A stretch of DNA of 64,000 nt from an uncultured Chloroflexia bacterium. GTDB lineage: Bacteria; Chloroflexota; Anaerolineae; JAAYZQ01. The stretch's first letter is position 1. Each line of letters starts with the position of its first letter. The stretch lies in the NCBI GenBank assembly GCA_963700285.1, contig CAVOXA010000010.1, positions 1,312,001-1,376,000 on the forward strand. The letters run 5' to 3'. The notes below the pieces were generated by a model. That model searched no databases. It saw nothing but the letters and a program-made list of their open reading frames with translations, and had not been told where the DNA came from. Made by a program: the position numbers and the translations under genes. Shown one piece after another: positions 39,771-50,310 of this stretch.

Positions 39771-40769
39771 ATGACCAGACCCGTCGTGGCCGTAACCATC
39801 GGCCAGAAACACTACCCGCGCATGATGAGCCAGGCCGCCTGGGACTCCCTGGCCGCCTTTGCCGAGGTCGTCCATCACCCCGGCCAGGAGGCGGCTGACA
39901 AGGACGACCTGCTGGCCCTACTGCCGGCCGCAGACGGCTGCCTCACCAGTTGGGAAGTGGCCCGGCTGGACGCCGATGTGCTGGCCGCCGCGCCCCGGCT
40001 GCGGGCCATGGCCCACATGGGCAGCAGCGTCGGGCGCTTTGTGTCCGACGCCCTCTGGGAGCGGGGCATCCAGGTCACCTCCGCCGGCCCGGCGCTGGCC
40101 CTCGACGTGGCCGAAACCACCCTGGGCCTGATGATCGTGGGCATGAAGCGTATCTGGCCCCTGGGCCAGCACGTGCGCCACGGCGGCTGGCGCGAGAGCG
40201 CCTACTGGCCCTCGCGGGAGCTGCACGGCAAGACGGTGGGCATCGTCGGCGCCAGCCAGGTGGGCCGGCACGTCATCGAGCTGCTGCGCCCCTTTGGCGT
40301 GCGGGTGCTGCTCTACGACCCCTATGTCACCGAGGAGGAAGCCGGGCAACTGGCCGCGGAAAAGGTCGAGATGGATGAGCTGGCCAGCCGCGCCGACGTC
40401 GTCTCGCTGCACGCACCGGGCAAACCCGAAACCCACCACCTGTTGAGCGCGGAGCGCCTGGCATTGATGAAAGATGACGCGCTGCTCATCAACACGGCCC
40501 GCGGCACGCTTATCGATGAGACGGCCCTGGTCGAAGAACTGGCCAAGGGGCGCTTTTTCGCCTTCCTGGATGTGACCGATCCCGAACCCCCGGCTGCCGA
40601 TAGCCCGCTGCGCCAATTGGACAACGTGGTCGTCACCCCCCACCTGGCGGGCTGCATCGAGGACTGCGGCCGCATGGGTGAGATGGCCGTCGAGGAACTG
40701 CGCCGCTTTTTCGCCGGCGAACCGCCCCTGTACCGGGTAGCGCCCGATATGATGGCCAGGATTGCCTGA
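39771..40769 (+). CDS. D-isomer-specific 2-hydroxyacid dehydrogenase
   Basis: KTVGIVGASQVG, INTARG, LDVTDPEP, TPHLAG. Confidence 0.9.
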   Translation: MTRPVVAVTIGQKHYPRMMSQAAWDSLAAFAEVVHHPGQEAADKDDLLALLPAADGCLTSWEVARLDADVLAAAPRLRAMAHMGSSVGRFVSDALWERGIQVTSAGPALALDVAETTLGLMIVGMKRIWPLGQHVRHGGWRESAYWPSRELHGKTVGIVGASQVGRHVIELLRPFGVRVLLYDPYVTEEEAGQLAAEKVEMDELASRADVVSLHAPGKPETHHLLSAERLALMKDDALLINTARGTLIDETALVEELAKGRFFAFLDVTDPEPPAADSPLRQLDNVVVTPHLAGCIEDCGRMGEMAVEELRRFFAGEPPLYRVAPDMMARIA

Positions 40770-40775
40770 GGCGCG

Positions 40776-42581
40776 ATGATTATGTCGCTCCCACCGCCCG
40801 GTACCCTATGCCTGCTGCGTGGTGAACCCAATCCCAACGGCACAGAGCAGGCCCAGCTTTTCCTGCTCGCCGGAGACCCCACGGCCGCTCCCGTGCGCCA
40901 CATCGTCCCGGCTGAGGGGCTGACTCTGCCCCCGGCCCCGGTGGGCCTGGCCGAGCATCCTTTTCGCCTCTGCCTGCTGCACTGCAACGACCTGCACGGC
41001 CACGTCTCGCGTATCACCACCCACGGCGACCGGCCCATCTTTTTCCACGCGGTTTTTTCGCGCATGGTCTGGCGCCTGCGCGAACTGCGACGGCGCTTCC
41101 GCGACGACCCTAACGCGGCCGTGCTCTTTTTGTCGGCCGGGGATGACCTGATGGGCGTTGTCCTTGGCGAGTTGCTGGGCGACGACCCCGAGTCCTACGT
41201 TGTCCACGCGGGCTATCACCTCTACTCGGCCGCCGGTCTGGACGCCGGAGCGCTGGGCAACCACGAGCTGGATGTGGACCTGACCCTGTTGGCCCACGCA
41301 CTGCGGACAGACGCGCATTTTCCCATGCTCTCGGCGAACCTGAGCGGCTGTCGCCAGCTCGCTGGCGTGGTCTATCCTGCCGCCATCCTGGTGGTCAAGG
41401 GTCTGCGGATCGGCATCGTCGGCCTGACCACGCGCGGCCAGGTCAAGCAGCCCAGCAGCGCCAGCCTGTGTATGGCCGATCCCTTGCAGGTGGCCCACAA
41501 CCTGATACCGGCCCTGCGCCCCCTGTGCGACGTTCTGATCGTGCTGAGCCATTTGGGCCACAGCTTGGCTGACAGCACGGCGACCGTCCTCGACGCGGGC
41601 GACATGGAGCTGGCCAAGAGCCTGCCCCCGGGCAGCCTGGACCTCATTGTCGGCGGACACACGCACGACGCCCTGAACGAGAACGGCCTGAGCATCGCCA
41701 ATATTGTGAATGGCGTGCCCATCGTCCAGGCAGGCGCGCTGGGCCGCTTCTTGGGTCAAGTGGACATGAATATTGGGCGGAGTGTCACCGTCACCGACGC
41801 CCAGCTTTCCCTCGTGGACGATCTCCCGGTGGACGAGGACTTTGAGCACCAGTCGGTGCAGCCGCTCCTGGCCCAGGTACGCCCTCTGTTTGCCCGCAGC
41901 CTGGGGAAGGTGGCCGATCACCCTGACCTGAGCACAGGCGCGGTGCGCAACACCTTTGCCTCCCGCGAGTCGGCCCTGGCCAACTTTGTCACCGACGCCA
42001 TCGTCGCCCGCTGCCGCTCGGCAGGCCACGCGGTCAGCCTGGCGGCCATCGATGCCTCGTGCGTGTACAGGGGGCTGCCGGCGGGCGGCCAGCTCACCTT
42101 CGGCGATTGGTTCGACCTGATGCCCTACGCCGACACCATCCGCCTGCTCCCGATCACGGGCAAGCACCTGCAGGCGCTGCTGGATGACAATGCGCGGCGC
42201 GCCGACCGTCCGGGAGAGCCGCATACCGAACGGGGCTTTCTCCAATTCAGCCAGCAGGTACGCTATACCATCGAGTTGGGAGAGAGCCGGAGCCAGGCCC
42301 GGGCGACCAGCGTCACGCTGGATGGCCTCTCCCTTGAGGGGCAGCTAGATCGAAGGTTCTTGTTCGCTTGCACCAGCTTCTGTCGCGAGGCTGCCCTGTC
42401 CTGGGAGCGGTATGCTTGTCGGAATCTGCATATGCCCATCACCGCTTTGGCGGTGGATCCGCCCATTGAGACCGAACTGCTGGTACGCGACGAGATGATC
42501 GCTTTTCTTCAGCAGCACGGCGGCGTCACAAAAGAGGCCGGCGTGCGGCGGGATGGACGCTTGACAGTACTGGAATCTTGA
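40776..42581 (+). CDS. Metallophosphoesterase/5'-nucleotidase (UshA/CpdB-like), no obvious signal peptide
   Basis: LHCNDLHG, SAGDD, LGNHELD, LSHLG, VGGHTH, ESALANFVTDA. Confidence 0.88.
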   Translation: MIMSLPPPGTLCLLRGEPNPNGTEQAQLFLLAGDPTAAPVRHIVPAEGLTLPPAPVGLAEHPFRLCLLHCNDLHGHVSRITTHGDRPIFFHAVFSRMVWRLRELRRRFRDDPNAAVLFLSAGDDLMGVVLGELLGDDPESYVVHAGYHLYSAAGLDAGALGNHELDVDLTLLAHALRTDAHFPMLSANLSGCRQLAGVVYPAAILVVKGLRIGIVGLTTRGQVKQPSSASLCMADPLQVAHNLIPALRPLCDVLIVLSHLGHSLADSTATVLDAGDMELAKSLPPGSLDLIVGGHTHDALNENGLSIANIVNGVPIVQAGALGRFLGQVDMNIGRSVTVTDAQLSLVDDLPVDEDFEHQSVQPLLAQVRPLFARSLGKVADHPDLSTGAVRNTFASRESALANFVTDAIVARCRSAGHAVSLAAIDASCVYRGLPAGGQLTFGDWFDLMPYADTIRLLPITGKHLQALLDDNARRADRPGEPHTERGFLQFSQQVRYTIELGESRSQARATSVTLDGLSLEGQLDRRFLFACTSFCREAALSWERYACRNLHMPITALAVDPPIETELLVRDEMIAFLQQHGGVTKEAGVRRDGRLTVLES

Positions 42582-42588
42582 GGCGCGC

Positions 42589-42685
42589 AACCTCCCGCAG
42601 GTTTTCCCTGGTCGGACACCTGCCCCAAGGCCGGTTCAGTCCAATTCTTCCGGAACGGCCGTCGCTGACAAACCTGCGGGAGGTT
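42589..42685. repeat. AACCTCCCGCAGGTT doublet
   Basis: aacctcccgcaggtt...aacctgcgggaggtt inverted pair. Confidence 0.65.
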
Positions 42686-42745
42686 AAGCCCTGAAGAACC
42701 AGAGCATCTACGTTTGACCATATCAGATCAACGAGAGAGAGGCAT

Positions 42746-43525
42746 ATGACAGTAGAACGCAGAATGAATCGGATTTTCAGGGACGGCCGGGCATTGATCG
42801 TGGCCATGGACCACGGCTTGTTGGACGGCCCCTGCAAGGGCTTGGAGGACCCTGGTCAGACGATAGCCAAGGTCATTGAAGGCGGCGCTGACGCCATCCT
42901 CACCTCCTACGGCGTGGCCCGGCGCTTTGCCCGCGAGCTGGCGCCCATCGGCCTCATCCTGAGGGTCGACGGCGGCGGCACCAGCCTGGGTACAGGTGGT
43001 GGGCCGGGGGCCTTATTCTATGGCGTGGAGGATGCCCTGCGCCTGGGCGCGGATGCCGTGGGCGTCACCGCTTTCCCCGGCGCCGCCGAAGAGATGGAGA
43101 CGCTGGAAACCCTGGCCTCCGTCATCGGCAAGGCCCATGCCTGGGGCCTGCCGGTCATGGCCGAGATGGTCCCCGGCGGCTTTGACAGCGCGCCCGAGTA
43201 CCGCACCCAGGCCAGCATCGCCCTCTCGTCGCGGGTGGCGGCTGAGTTGGGCGCCGATTTCGTCAAGACGCCCTATACGAGCGGCTTTGAGGGTGTCACC
43301 GGCACCTGCTACGTGCCGGTGGTGATCCTGGGGGGAGCCAAGCGCGGCAGCGAGCGCGACATGCTGGTAGACATCAAGGCAGCCGTGGATGCGGGTGGCG
43401 CTGGCGTGGCCATCGGTCGCAACATCTTTCAGGCTGAGGATCCCGCGGCCATGGCCGCCGCAGTGGCCTCCATCCTGCACGACGGCGCCTCGGTGGACCA
43501 AGCGATGGGCATTCTTGGTGGGTAG
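42746..43525 (+). CDS. Class I aldolase, DhnA/LsrF family
   Basis: [18 protein letters not shown] (Schiff-base Lys), [10 protein letters not shown]. Confidence 0.9.
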   Translation: MTVERRMNRIFRDGRALIVAMDHGLLDGPCKGLEDPGQTIAKVIEGGADAILTSYGVARRFARELAPIGLILRVDGGGTSLGTGGGPGALFYGVEDALRLGADAVGVTAFPGAAEEMETLETLASVIGKAHAWGLPVMAEMVPGGFDSAPEYRTQASIALSSRVAAELGADFVKTPYTSGFEGVTGTCYVPVVILGGAKRGSERDMLVDIKAAVDAGGAGVAIGRNIFQAEDPAAMAAAVASILHDGASVDQAMGILGG

Positions 43526-43668
43526 TGAGATTCACGGTCTTTTGCTTTGGCTCACGCTACAAGTTTCGGGACTCCCTGTTGCTGCCATGTAGACAAACTG
43601 GTATATGGCTAGAGCCCCGCTCGTGCTGGACAACAGTCCAGCACATGGACACAGAAATCGGAGGCAAC

Positions 43669-45036
43669 ATGAGCACGATACTCATATCAGGCGGCACGGT
43701 TTTGACCCAAGACGCTCAGGGAACGGTGTATGACCCCGGCTACGTCCTCGTGGAGGACGACCGCATCGTGGCAGTGGGAGAGGGCCAGTACCCGACCTGG
43801 GGCGAGCCGGGGTTCCAGGCCGATCAGGTGATCGACGCCAGCCTGATGGCGGTGATGCCCGGGCTGGTAAACGCCCACAGCCATCTGTTCCAAACCTTCG
43901 TGCGCGGCCTGGCCGACGATAAGCCTCTGCTTCAGTGGCTGGAAACGGCCATCTGGCCGGTCATGCATGCTGTGACCGAGGAAGAGATGTACCTCGCTTC
44001 CCTGCTGGGCATGGTAGAAAACGTCCGCTCGGGCGCGACCTCGATCATTGACAACCAGTACATCCACACCAACAAGGGCAACGACGACGCGGTCTTTCGG
44101 GCCGCCCGGGAGAGCGGAATCCGCTTCATGCTGGCCCGAGGCTGGGCGGACATGAACTACCACCCAGCCTTCATGGAAACGCCCGATACCATCGTGGCCG
44201 AGATGGAGCGCCTTATGGAGACCTGGCAGGGCGCGGAGGGCGGTCGCCTGCGCGTCGAGTTTGGGCCCGTGATCCCCTGGGGCTGCTCCGATGCGGCCAT
44301 GCAGCGAACCTATGCCCTGGCCCAGGAGTGGGGGGTGGGCACCCACATCCACACCGCCGAATCGGAGCCCGAGGTCGAGATGGTCCTTGAGCAGCGAGGG
44401 CTGCGCCACGTCGAGTGGCTGGAGGCCATCGGCTGCCTGGGACCCGATACCCAGTTGGTGCACAGCGTCTGGCTGTCCGCCAAAGAGATCGATATGATCG
44501 AGCAACGCGATGCCATCATCATCCACTGCCCGATCAGCAACATGTACCTGGCTTCGGGCATCGCACCCATCACCGAGCTGCGGCGCAGGGGCGTGGCGGT
44601 GGCCCTGGCCACTGACGGCCCCGGGTCCAACAACTCCCAAGATAACATGGAGGTGCTCAAGTTCACCGCCTGCCTACAAAAGGTGGGCACGCTTGACGCC
44701 ATGTCCCTGCTGCCCGAGGACGTTCTACAGATGGCGACCCGGGGCGGGGCCAGGGCCATGGGCCAGGAGCAGGAGATCGGCAGCCTGGAGTTGGGTAAAA
44801 AGGCCGACATCACCGTGGTGGATCTGAACGCGCCGCACATCATGCCCGTGCACCGCGTGCCGTCGGCGCTGGTCTACAATGCCAACGGCCGCGACGTGGA
44901 CACGGTCATCGCCGATGGGCGGGTGCTGATGCAGGACAAGCGCGTGCTCTTTTTGGACGAGAAGGCATTGTTGGTCGAGTGCCGCGCCGCCAATCGCAGC
45001 CTGTTTGAGCGAGGCGGCGTCCAGGTGGATGGATGA
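43669..45036 (+). CDS. Amidohydrolase, MTA/SAH deaminase-AtzA/TRZ family
   Basis: PGLVNAHSH, HIHTAES, HCPISNMYLASG, ATDGPGSNN; GGAGG before ATG 43669. Confidence 0.9.
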   Translation: MSTILISGGTVLTQDAQGTVYDPGYVLVEDDRIVAVGEGQYPTWGEPGFQADQVIDASLMAVMPGLVNAHSHLFQTFVRGLADDKPLLQWLETAIWPVMHAVTEEEMYLASLLGMVENVRSGATSIIDNQYIHTNKGNDDAVFRAARESGIRFMLARGWADMNYHPAFMETPDTIVAEMERLMETWQGAEGGRLRVEFGPVIPWGCSDAAMQRTYALAQEWGVGTHIHTAESEPEVEMVLEQRGLRHVEWLEAIGCLGPDTQLVHSVWLSAKEIDMIEQRDAIIIHCPISNMYLASGIAPITELRRRGVAVALATDGPGSNNSQDNMEVLKFTACLQKVGTLDAMSLLPEDVLQMATRGGARAMGQEQEIGSLELGKKADITVVDLNAPHIMPVHRVPSALVYNANGRDVDTVIADGRVLMQDKRVLFLDEKALLVECRAANRSLFERGGVQVDG

Positions 45037-45067
45037 GCCATCGTTTTTGCCCTGCTTGTGGGGAAGC

Positions 45068-46651
45068 GTGTCAGAAGCCATAATCGGTCTGGACGTAGGC
45101 ACCACCGTGGCCAAGGCGGTTCTGTTTGATCCTTCGGGTTCAAACTCTTCAGGACAGGCTCCTTTGGGCGCACGCGCATCAGGGCCAGGACTGGCGGGCG
45201 CCGAGATGGGGGTAGCCGCCCAGGCCTATCCACTCCACACGCCGAGGCCAGGTTGGGCGGAACTGGATCCAGAGGACGTCTGGCAGGCGGCGCTGCGGGT
45301 GCTGCGGGCCGTCGCCTCTGGAATCCCGCCGGGAACGCGCATCCGGGCCATCGCCCTGGCCACCCAGGGAGGGACCCTGATCCCCTGCCGGGCGGATGGC
45401 ACGCCCACCTACCGGGCCATCACCTGGATGGACCAACGCGCCCAGGATCTCGTCGCCCAGTGGCGGGCTGAGGGTGTGGCAGATAGGGTGCGGCAGATCA
45501 GCGGCTGGTCGCCGCAGCCGGGCTTGCCGCTGCCATCCATCGGCTGGCTGCGACAGGCTCGCCCCCAGGTTTTCGCCGCCACACGGCGTTTTCTATCAGT
45601 GAACGACTTTTTGGCGCTGCGCCTGGCCGGGCGCCCCGCGACCAATTCCTCCATGGCAGGAGAGATGCTGCTGGCAGACATCACAACCGGGCAGTGGAGC
45701 CAGGAGCTTTGTGAACTGGTGGGCATCGACCCCGGCCAACTATCGCCCATCCTGCCCTCCGAAGCGCCGCTGGGCACACTCCTGCCCGAGGTCGCCGGTC
45801 TCGTGGGGCTGAATCCCCGGACCGTGGTGGTCAACGGCGGGCAAGACCATGCCTGCGAAGCCCTGGCCCTGGGCATGACGTCCAGGGGCGCGGGGATGCT
45901 GGCCTGTGGCACGGCCTGGGTGATCAACGGCGTCGCCGAGTCGCCGTCCGTGGACGCCATCCCGGCCAGCATGGACCTGAACTACCATGTGGTGCCTGGG
46001 CGCTGGGTCGTGTCGCAGTTTCTGGGCGGCCTAGGCGCCTGCCTGGAGTGGTGGTTGAAGCAGTGCGGGCCGGGACAGAGCGCCGGCTCCACTTCGCCGC
46101 GCACCGGGCGGCAAGCCTCAGAGGCTCGGGACGCAGCGTGGGCAGCCCAAAACGAGGCGCTGGCTGACACGGCCCCGGGCTGTGCGGGCCTGGTCTACCT
46201 ACCCCAGACGGGGGCGCGCCAGGTGCCCGGTGCCCCGCAGCTTGGGGGCTTTGCTGGCCTGCGTCTGGATCACTCCCGCGCTGATATGGGGCGAGCTATC
46301 ATGGAGGGGGCCGCCTACGAGCTGAGGTGGGCGCTGGAACGCCTGCAAGGGGCCGGCAAGGCCATTGAGGAGATGTGGATGATTGGCGGCGCGACAGAGA
46401 GCCCGCTCTGGCCCCAGATCGTGGCCGACGTCACGGGCCTGCCCCTTTCTCTGACCCAGTATAGCCACGGTCCGGCGCTGGGCGCGGCCATCCTGGCCGG
46501 GCTAGGCCTGGGGATCTTTGATTCCGTGGAGGCGGGCCGGGCCAGTTTCCGCGTTTCGGCCCGCCTCATCGAGCCCGTGCAGGCCCATGCGCCGGTCTAT
46601 GACAGGCAGTTCGCCGCCTACCAGTGGCTGGCCCGGAGGCTGGCCGCATGA
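45068..46651 (+). CDS. FGGY family carbohydrate kinase (paralogue of 37545)
   Basis: IGLDVGTTVAKA, ITWMDQR, GGQDH, RAIMEG, IGGA; GTG start inferred. Confidence 0.9.
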   Translation: MSEAIIGLDVGTTVAKAVLFDPSGSNSSGQAPLGARASGPGLAGAEMGVAAQAYPLHTPRPGWAELDPEDVWQAALRVLRAVASGIPPGTRIRAIALATQGGTLIPCRADGTPTYRAITWMDQRAQDLVAQWRAEGVADRVRQISGWSPQPGLPLPSIGWLRQARPQVFAATRRFLSVNDFLALRLAGRPATNSSMAGEMLLADITTGQWSQELCELVGIDPGQLSPILPSEAPLGTLLPEVAGLVGLNPRTVVVNGGQDHACEALALGMTSRGAGMLACGTAWVINGVAESPSVDAIPASMDLNYHVVPGRWVVSQFLGGLGACLEWWLKQCGPGQSAGSTSPRTGRQASEARDAAWAAQNEALADTAPGCAGLVYLPQTGARQVPGAPQLGGFAGLRLDHSRADMGRAIMEGAAYELRWALERLQGAGKAIEEMWMIGGATESPLWPQIVADVTGLPLSLTQYSHGPALGAAILAGLGLGIFDSVEAGRASFRVSARLIEPVQAHAPVYDRQFAAYQWLARRLAA

Positions 46652-47475
46652 GGCCGCGATTCAGCCTGGGGGATGTTCAGGCCCTGGTCGTCGACATTGA
46701 CGGGACGCTGCTTCGCGGCTCCCTGCCGCTGCCTGGCCTCGCCCGGTTTTTCGCCTTCCTGCAGTCACGGCAGGTACCCTTTGTCGTGGCCTCCAACAAT
46801 GCGACCAAGACAGCGGCCGCATACCAGGAAATCCTGGCCGGCCTGGGGGCGCCCGTCAAAATCGAACAGATCCTGACCGCGGGAGCGGCCACGGCGCGCT
46901 ATCTGGCTGGCGAGCTGCACCAGGGGGCGAGGCTGTACCTGATCGGCGAGGCCGCGCTGCAATCAGTACTCCGCCAGGCTGGCTTTATCCTGCTGGAAGA
47001 TGCAAGCCAGCCGGCTGACGCGGTCGTCGTCGGTGGGGACTCGGCCTTGACCTACGAAAAACTAAAGTACGCGGCGCTGCTCCTGCAGCGGGGCGCGCGA
47101 TTCGTAGGCACCAATCCCGATCTCCTCTGCCCCACTGAGGAGGGACTGGTACCGGAAGCGGGCACGACCTTGGCCGCCCTTGAAGCCGCGACCGGGACCT
47201 CGCCGGTTGTGATCGGCAAGCCATCCCGCTACCTGTTCGACATGGCGGTGGAGAACATGGGCAGCGAGCGGGCCACGACCGCCGTGCTGGGCGACCGCCT
47301 GGAGACCGACATCCTGGGAGGCCAGCAGGCGGGACTGAGAACCATCCTGGTCTGTACCGGCGTAGACGACGGTTCCACGATCACACAAAAGGGCATCGAG
47401 CCTGATCTGGTAGCGAGCGGGCTCGAAGAGTTGGTGGAACTTTGGACGGCGTCTTTGGAAAATAAGCAGAGATGA
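46648..47475 (+). CDS. HAD-IIA hydrolase (NagD-like)
   Basis: DIDGTL, SNN, TNPD, GKPS, GDRLETDI. Confidence 0.9.
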   Translation: MRPRFSLGDVQALVVDIDGTLLRGSLPLPGLARFFAFLQSRQVPFVVASNNATKTAAAYQEILAGLGAPVKIEQILTAGAATARYLAGELHQGARLYLIGEAALQSVLRQAGFILLEDASQPADAVVVGGDSALTYEKLKYAALLLQRGARFVGTNPDLLCPTEEGLVPEAGTTLAALEAATGTSPVVIGKPSRYLFDMAVENMGSERATTAVLGDRLETDILGGQQAGLRTILVCTGVDDGSTITQKGIEPDLVASGLEELVELWTASLENKQR

Positions 47476-47492
47476 GCGCTACCAATTATCCC

Positions 47493-47640
47493 GTCATCCT
47501 TCGGCTACGCCCAGGACATGCTCTGAGCCGGAGCGCAACGGAGGTGAAGCCTGCCCTGAGCATGTCCTGAGTCATCGAAGGAGCACGAAGGGAATCTTAC
47601 TTGCGCCCAGCCGAGATCCTTCGCTGCCGCCCAGGATGAC
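47493..47640. repeat. GTCATCCT...AGGATGAC palindromic element
   Basis: Inverted termini gtcatcct / aggatgac with internal ccttcg...caggac arms. Confidence 0.65.
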
Positions 47641-47710
47641 GATTGCCCAAGGGCGAGTTTCTTCCACATAGAGTGGCATCCCGCACCATGGAGCACAAGG
47701 GAGACAGTGA

Positions 47711-48490
47711 ATGAAAACCCGTAGGCTTGGCCATATTTTCCGCCCGGACGGACGGGCCCTGATAGTCGCCACGGAGCACGCGGCCATCTTTGGCCCCATG
47801 CAAGGTCTGGAGCATCCCGGCGAGACCATCGAAAAGGTCATCGCCGGCGGGGTGGATGCGGTCATGACTTCTTTTGGCATTGCCCATCACTTTGCCCGTA
47901 CCCTGGCGCCGGTGGGTCTCATTCTGCGCTCCGATGGCGCGCCCACCAGGCTGGGGCCCGACACCGCCGCGCCCATCTGGTTCGACGTCGAGGAAGCCCT
48001 GCGCCTGGGCGCCGACGCGCTGTGCGTGTCCGCCTTCCCGGGGCATCACACCGAGGTGGCGACCCTGGACAGCCTGGCTTCAGTGGCCCGGGAGGCCCTG
48101 GCCTGGGGCCTGGCCGTACAGGCCGAGATGGTGCCCGGCGGCATGGGCGGCGGGCCCGAAACCCGTACGGTGGAAACCGTGGCGCTGGCCGCCCGGGTGG
48201 GGGCGGAACTGGGCGCAGACTGGGTCAAAGTGCCCTACGTCGACGGCTTTGAGCAGGTAACCGGCTCCTGCTACAAGCCGGTCGTCATCATGGGCGGCAG
48301 CCGCCGCGGCAGCGAAGCCGAGATCCTGGCCGAGGTCAAGGCCGCCATGGAGGCTGGCGCCGCCGGCGCGACCATCGGCCGCAACATCTTTGGCGCGGAG
48401 GATCCAGAGGCCATGACCGCGGCCCTGGCGGCCATCATCCATCAGGATGCCTCTGTGGAGGAGGCCCTGTCCATCCTCCGGCGGGAGTAG
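47711..48490 (+). CDS. Class I aldolase, DhnA/LsrF family (second paralogue)
   Basis: [25 protein letters not shown]. Confidence 0.88.
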   Translation: MKTRRLGHIFRPDGRALIVATEHAAIFGPMQGLEHPGETIEKVIAGGVDAVMTSFGIAHHFARTLAPVGLILRSDGAPTRLGPDTAAPIWFDVEEALRLGADALCVSAFPGHHTEVATLDSLASVAREALAWGLAVQAEMVPGGMGGGPETRTVETVALAARVGAELGADWVKVPYVDGFEQVTGSCYKPVVIMGGSRRGSEAEILAEVKAAMEAGAAGATIGRNIFGAEDPEAMTAALAAIIHQDASVEEALSILRRE

Positions 48491-48567
48491 ACGGAACGGT
48501 GTACTCAAAACGTGTGGACGTTCCATGGCCCAGGGCGCCACGCTATCCGAAACGACACCTCCAAAGT

Positions 48568-48675
48568 GTCATTGCGACGAGCGTAGCGAGAGCCAGTCCT
48601 GAGCAAAGCGACAGGAAAGCAATCCCTACATCGGCAACCGGAGACTGCTTCGTCGCCCACGCTCCTCGCAGTGAC
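48568..48675. repeat. GTCATTGCGA-type palindromic element
   Basis: gtcattgcgacgagc...aagcaatcc...gactgcttcgtc...ctcgcagtgac. Confidence 0.7.
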
Positions 48676-48740
48676 AAGATCGACGTCATGCGCAGCGCGT
48701 TAAAGAACACTTACAATGTCAAGCCTCCGTTAATTTGTGC

Positions 48741-48770
48741 TTGACAGTAGTCCGCTTTCTATGTTAAAAT
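48741..48770 (+). promoter_or_regulatory. Sigma70-type promoter
   Basis: TTGACA-18 bp-TAAAAT with extended -10 TG. Confidence 0.6.
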
Positions 48771-48824
48771 GGTGAGCACCTGGAGCCGTTCTGGCTCACC
48801 CTACGATAGTATTGGGGGACGAGG

Positions 48825-50231
48825 ATGTCAGAGATCCATGATCTGCGCTCATTCATCAGCCGCCTGGAAGATGCCGGCCAACTGGTTCGCATCAAGCGGC
48901 AGGTAGACCTGGAATACGAACTGGCCGATATTGCCGCGGCGCTGGAGAGACGCAGGCAGCCAGCGCCCCTCTTTGAGGACGTCCGCGGCAGCCACTGGCC
49001 TGTTTTTGCCTCGGCGGTGGCCAACCAGACCCGCGCGGCGCTGGCCCTGGGCTGCCAGCGAGGGGAGGTCGTTGAGGTCATGAGCCATGCCCTGGATCCG
49101 GCCAACGGCATCCCTCCGGTTCGCGTTGAGGAAGCCGCTGATGTTCCTGCGGCTGCTGACGCATCTGCGGCTGCTGATGCATCAGCAGCCGGGTGGAAGG
49201 CCAACATTGTCACCGGCGATGATATCGATGTGCGCAAGCTGCCCATCCCCACCCACGCCGTGGGTGACGGCGGGCCCTTTATCACCGGGGGCGTTGTCTT
49301 GAGCAAGGACCCCGTCACCGGCCGGGGAAACCTCTCCTACAACCGGATGCAGGTCAAAGGCCCGCGCCAGTTTGGCTTCAACCTCAACGAGTGGCGGCAC
49401 GTGCGCGAGTTCCTGGATGCGCAGGAGGCCAAGGACGAGCCCCTGCAGGTGGCCGTCGCCATCGGTCTGGACCCGGCCATCATGATCGCGGCCGGTGCTC
49501 GCTACGATGACGACGAGTTGCTCATCGCCGGGGCCATCCGGGGCAAGGGCATCCGGGTCACCCGTGGGGTCACGGTGGACGTGGACATTCCCACCAGCGC
49601 CGAGATTGTCATTGAGGGCTACCTGGGCGCCCACGAGCGCCAGGCCGAAGGCCCCCTGGCCGAGTTCCACGGCTACTTTGGCGAGCTTTGGGAGAGCCCC
49701 GTCTTTCACGTCACCGCCGTCTGCTGGCGCGATGAACCCATCTTCCAGACCCTCATCCCCGGTTGGAACGAGCACCTCTATCTGGGCAACGTCCTGCCCC
49801 GTGAGCCACTGCTGCTCACCCACGTGCGCCACGTGGCCCGCAACGTGTCCGGCCTGCACATCCCGCCCTACGCCAGCGGATTCACAGCCATCGTGGCCAT
49901 CGACAAGTTGAACCCCGGCGAGCCCAAGAACGTAGCCCTGGCCGCCTTTGCAGCCCACGTCAACATCAAGTGGTGCATCGTCGTCGACCCCGACGTGGAT
50001 ATCTATGATCCGGCTGACGTGATGTGGGCGCTGACCACCCGGGTGGACTGGAGCCGCGACGTCTTTACCGTGCCCGGCGCTCAGGGCCACGAGATGGACC
50101 CCACCGCCGATGGCCGGGGCGTACATACCAAGATCGGCGTGGACGCTACCTCCAAGGTGGAGCGGCGGGGATACGAGGACCGCGTTCGCTACAGTGCCAT
50201 AGATCTGAGCCAGTTTCTGCCAGGGGTGTAG
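48825..50231 (+). CDS. UbiD family (prFMN-dependent) decarboxylase
   Basis: DLRSFI, LPIP..DGGPFIT, NLSYNR, AEIVIEG, EGPLAEFHGY, VDPDVDI..VMWALTTR, KIGVDAT. Confidence 0.92.
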   Translation: MSEIHDLRSFISRLEDAGQLVRIKRQVDLEYELADIAAALERRRQPAPLFEDVRGSHWPVFASAVANQTRAALALGCQRGEVVEVMSHALDPANGIPPVRVEEAADVPAAADASAAADASAAGWKANIVTGDDIDVRKLPIPTHAVGDGGPFITGGVVLSKDPVTGRGNLSYNRMQVKGPRQFGFNLNEWRHVREFLDAQEAKDEPLQVAVAIGLDPAIMIAAGARYDDDELLIAGAIRGKGIRVTRGVTVDVDIPTSAEIVIEGYLGAHERQAEGPLAEFHGYFGELWESPVFHVTAVCWRDEPIFQTLIPGWNEHLYLGNVLPREPLLLTHVRHVARNVSGLHIPPYASGFTAIVAIDKLNPGEPKNVALAAFAAHVNIKWCIVVDPDVDIYDPADVMWALTTRVDWSRDVFTVPGAQGHEMDPTADGRGVHTKIGVDATSKVERRGYEDRVRYSAIDLSQFLPGV

Positions 50232-50310
50232 TTTGCCCCCAGCGTAGGGCTGACAATGCTCGCGGCACCTTTCTGTGGCGCGGCTACTTTGGAAATGGAT
50301 GGTGAGAACG

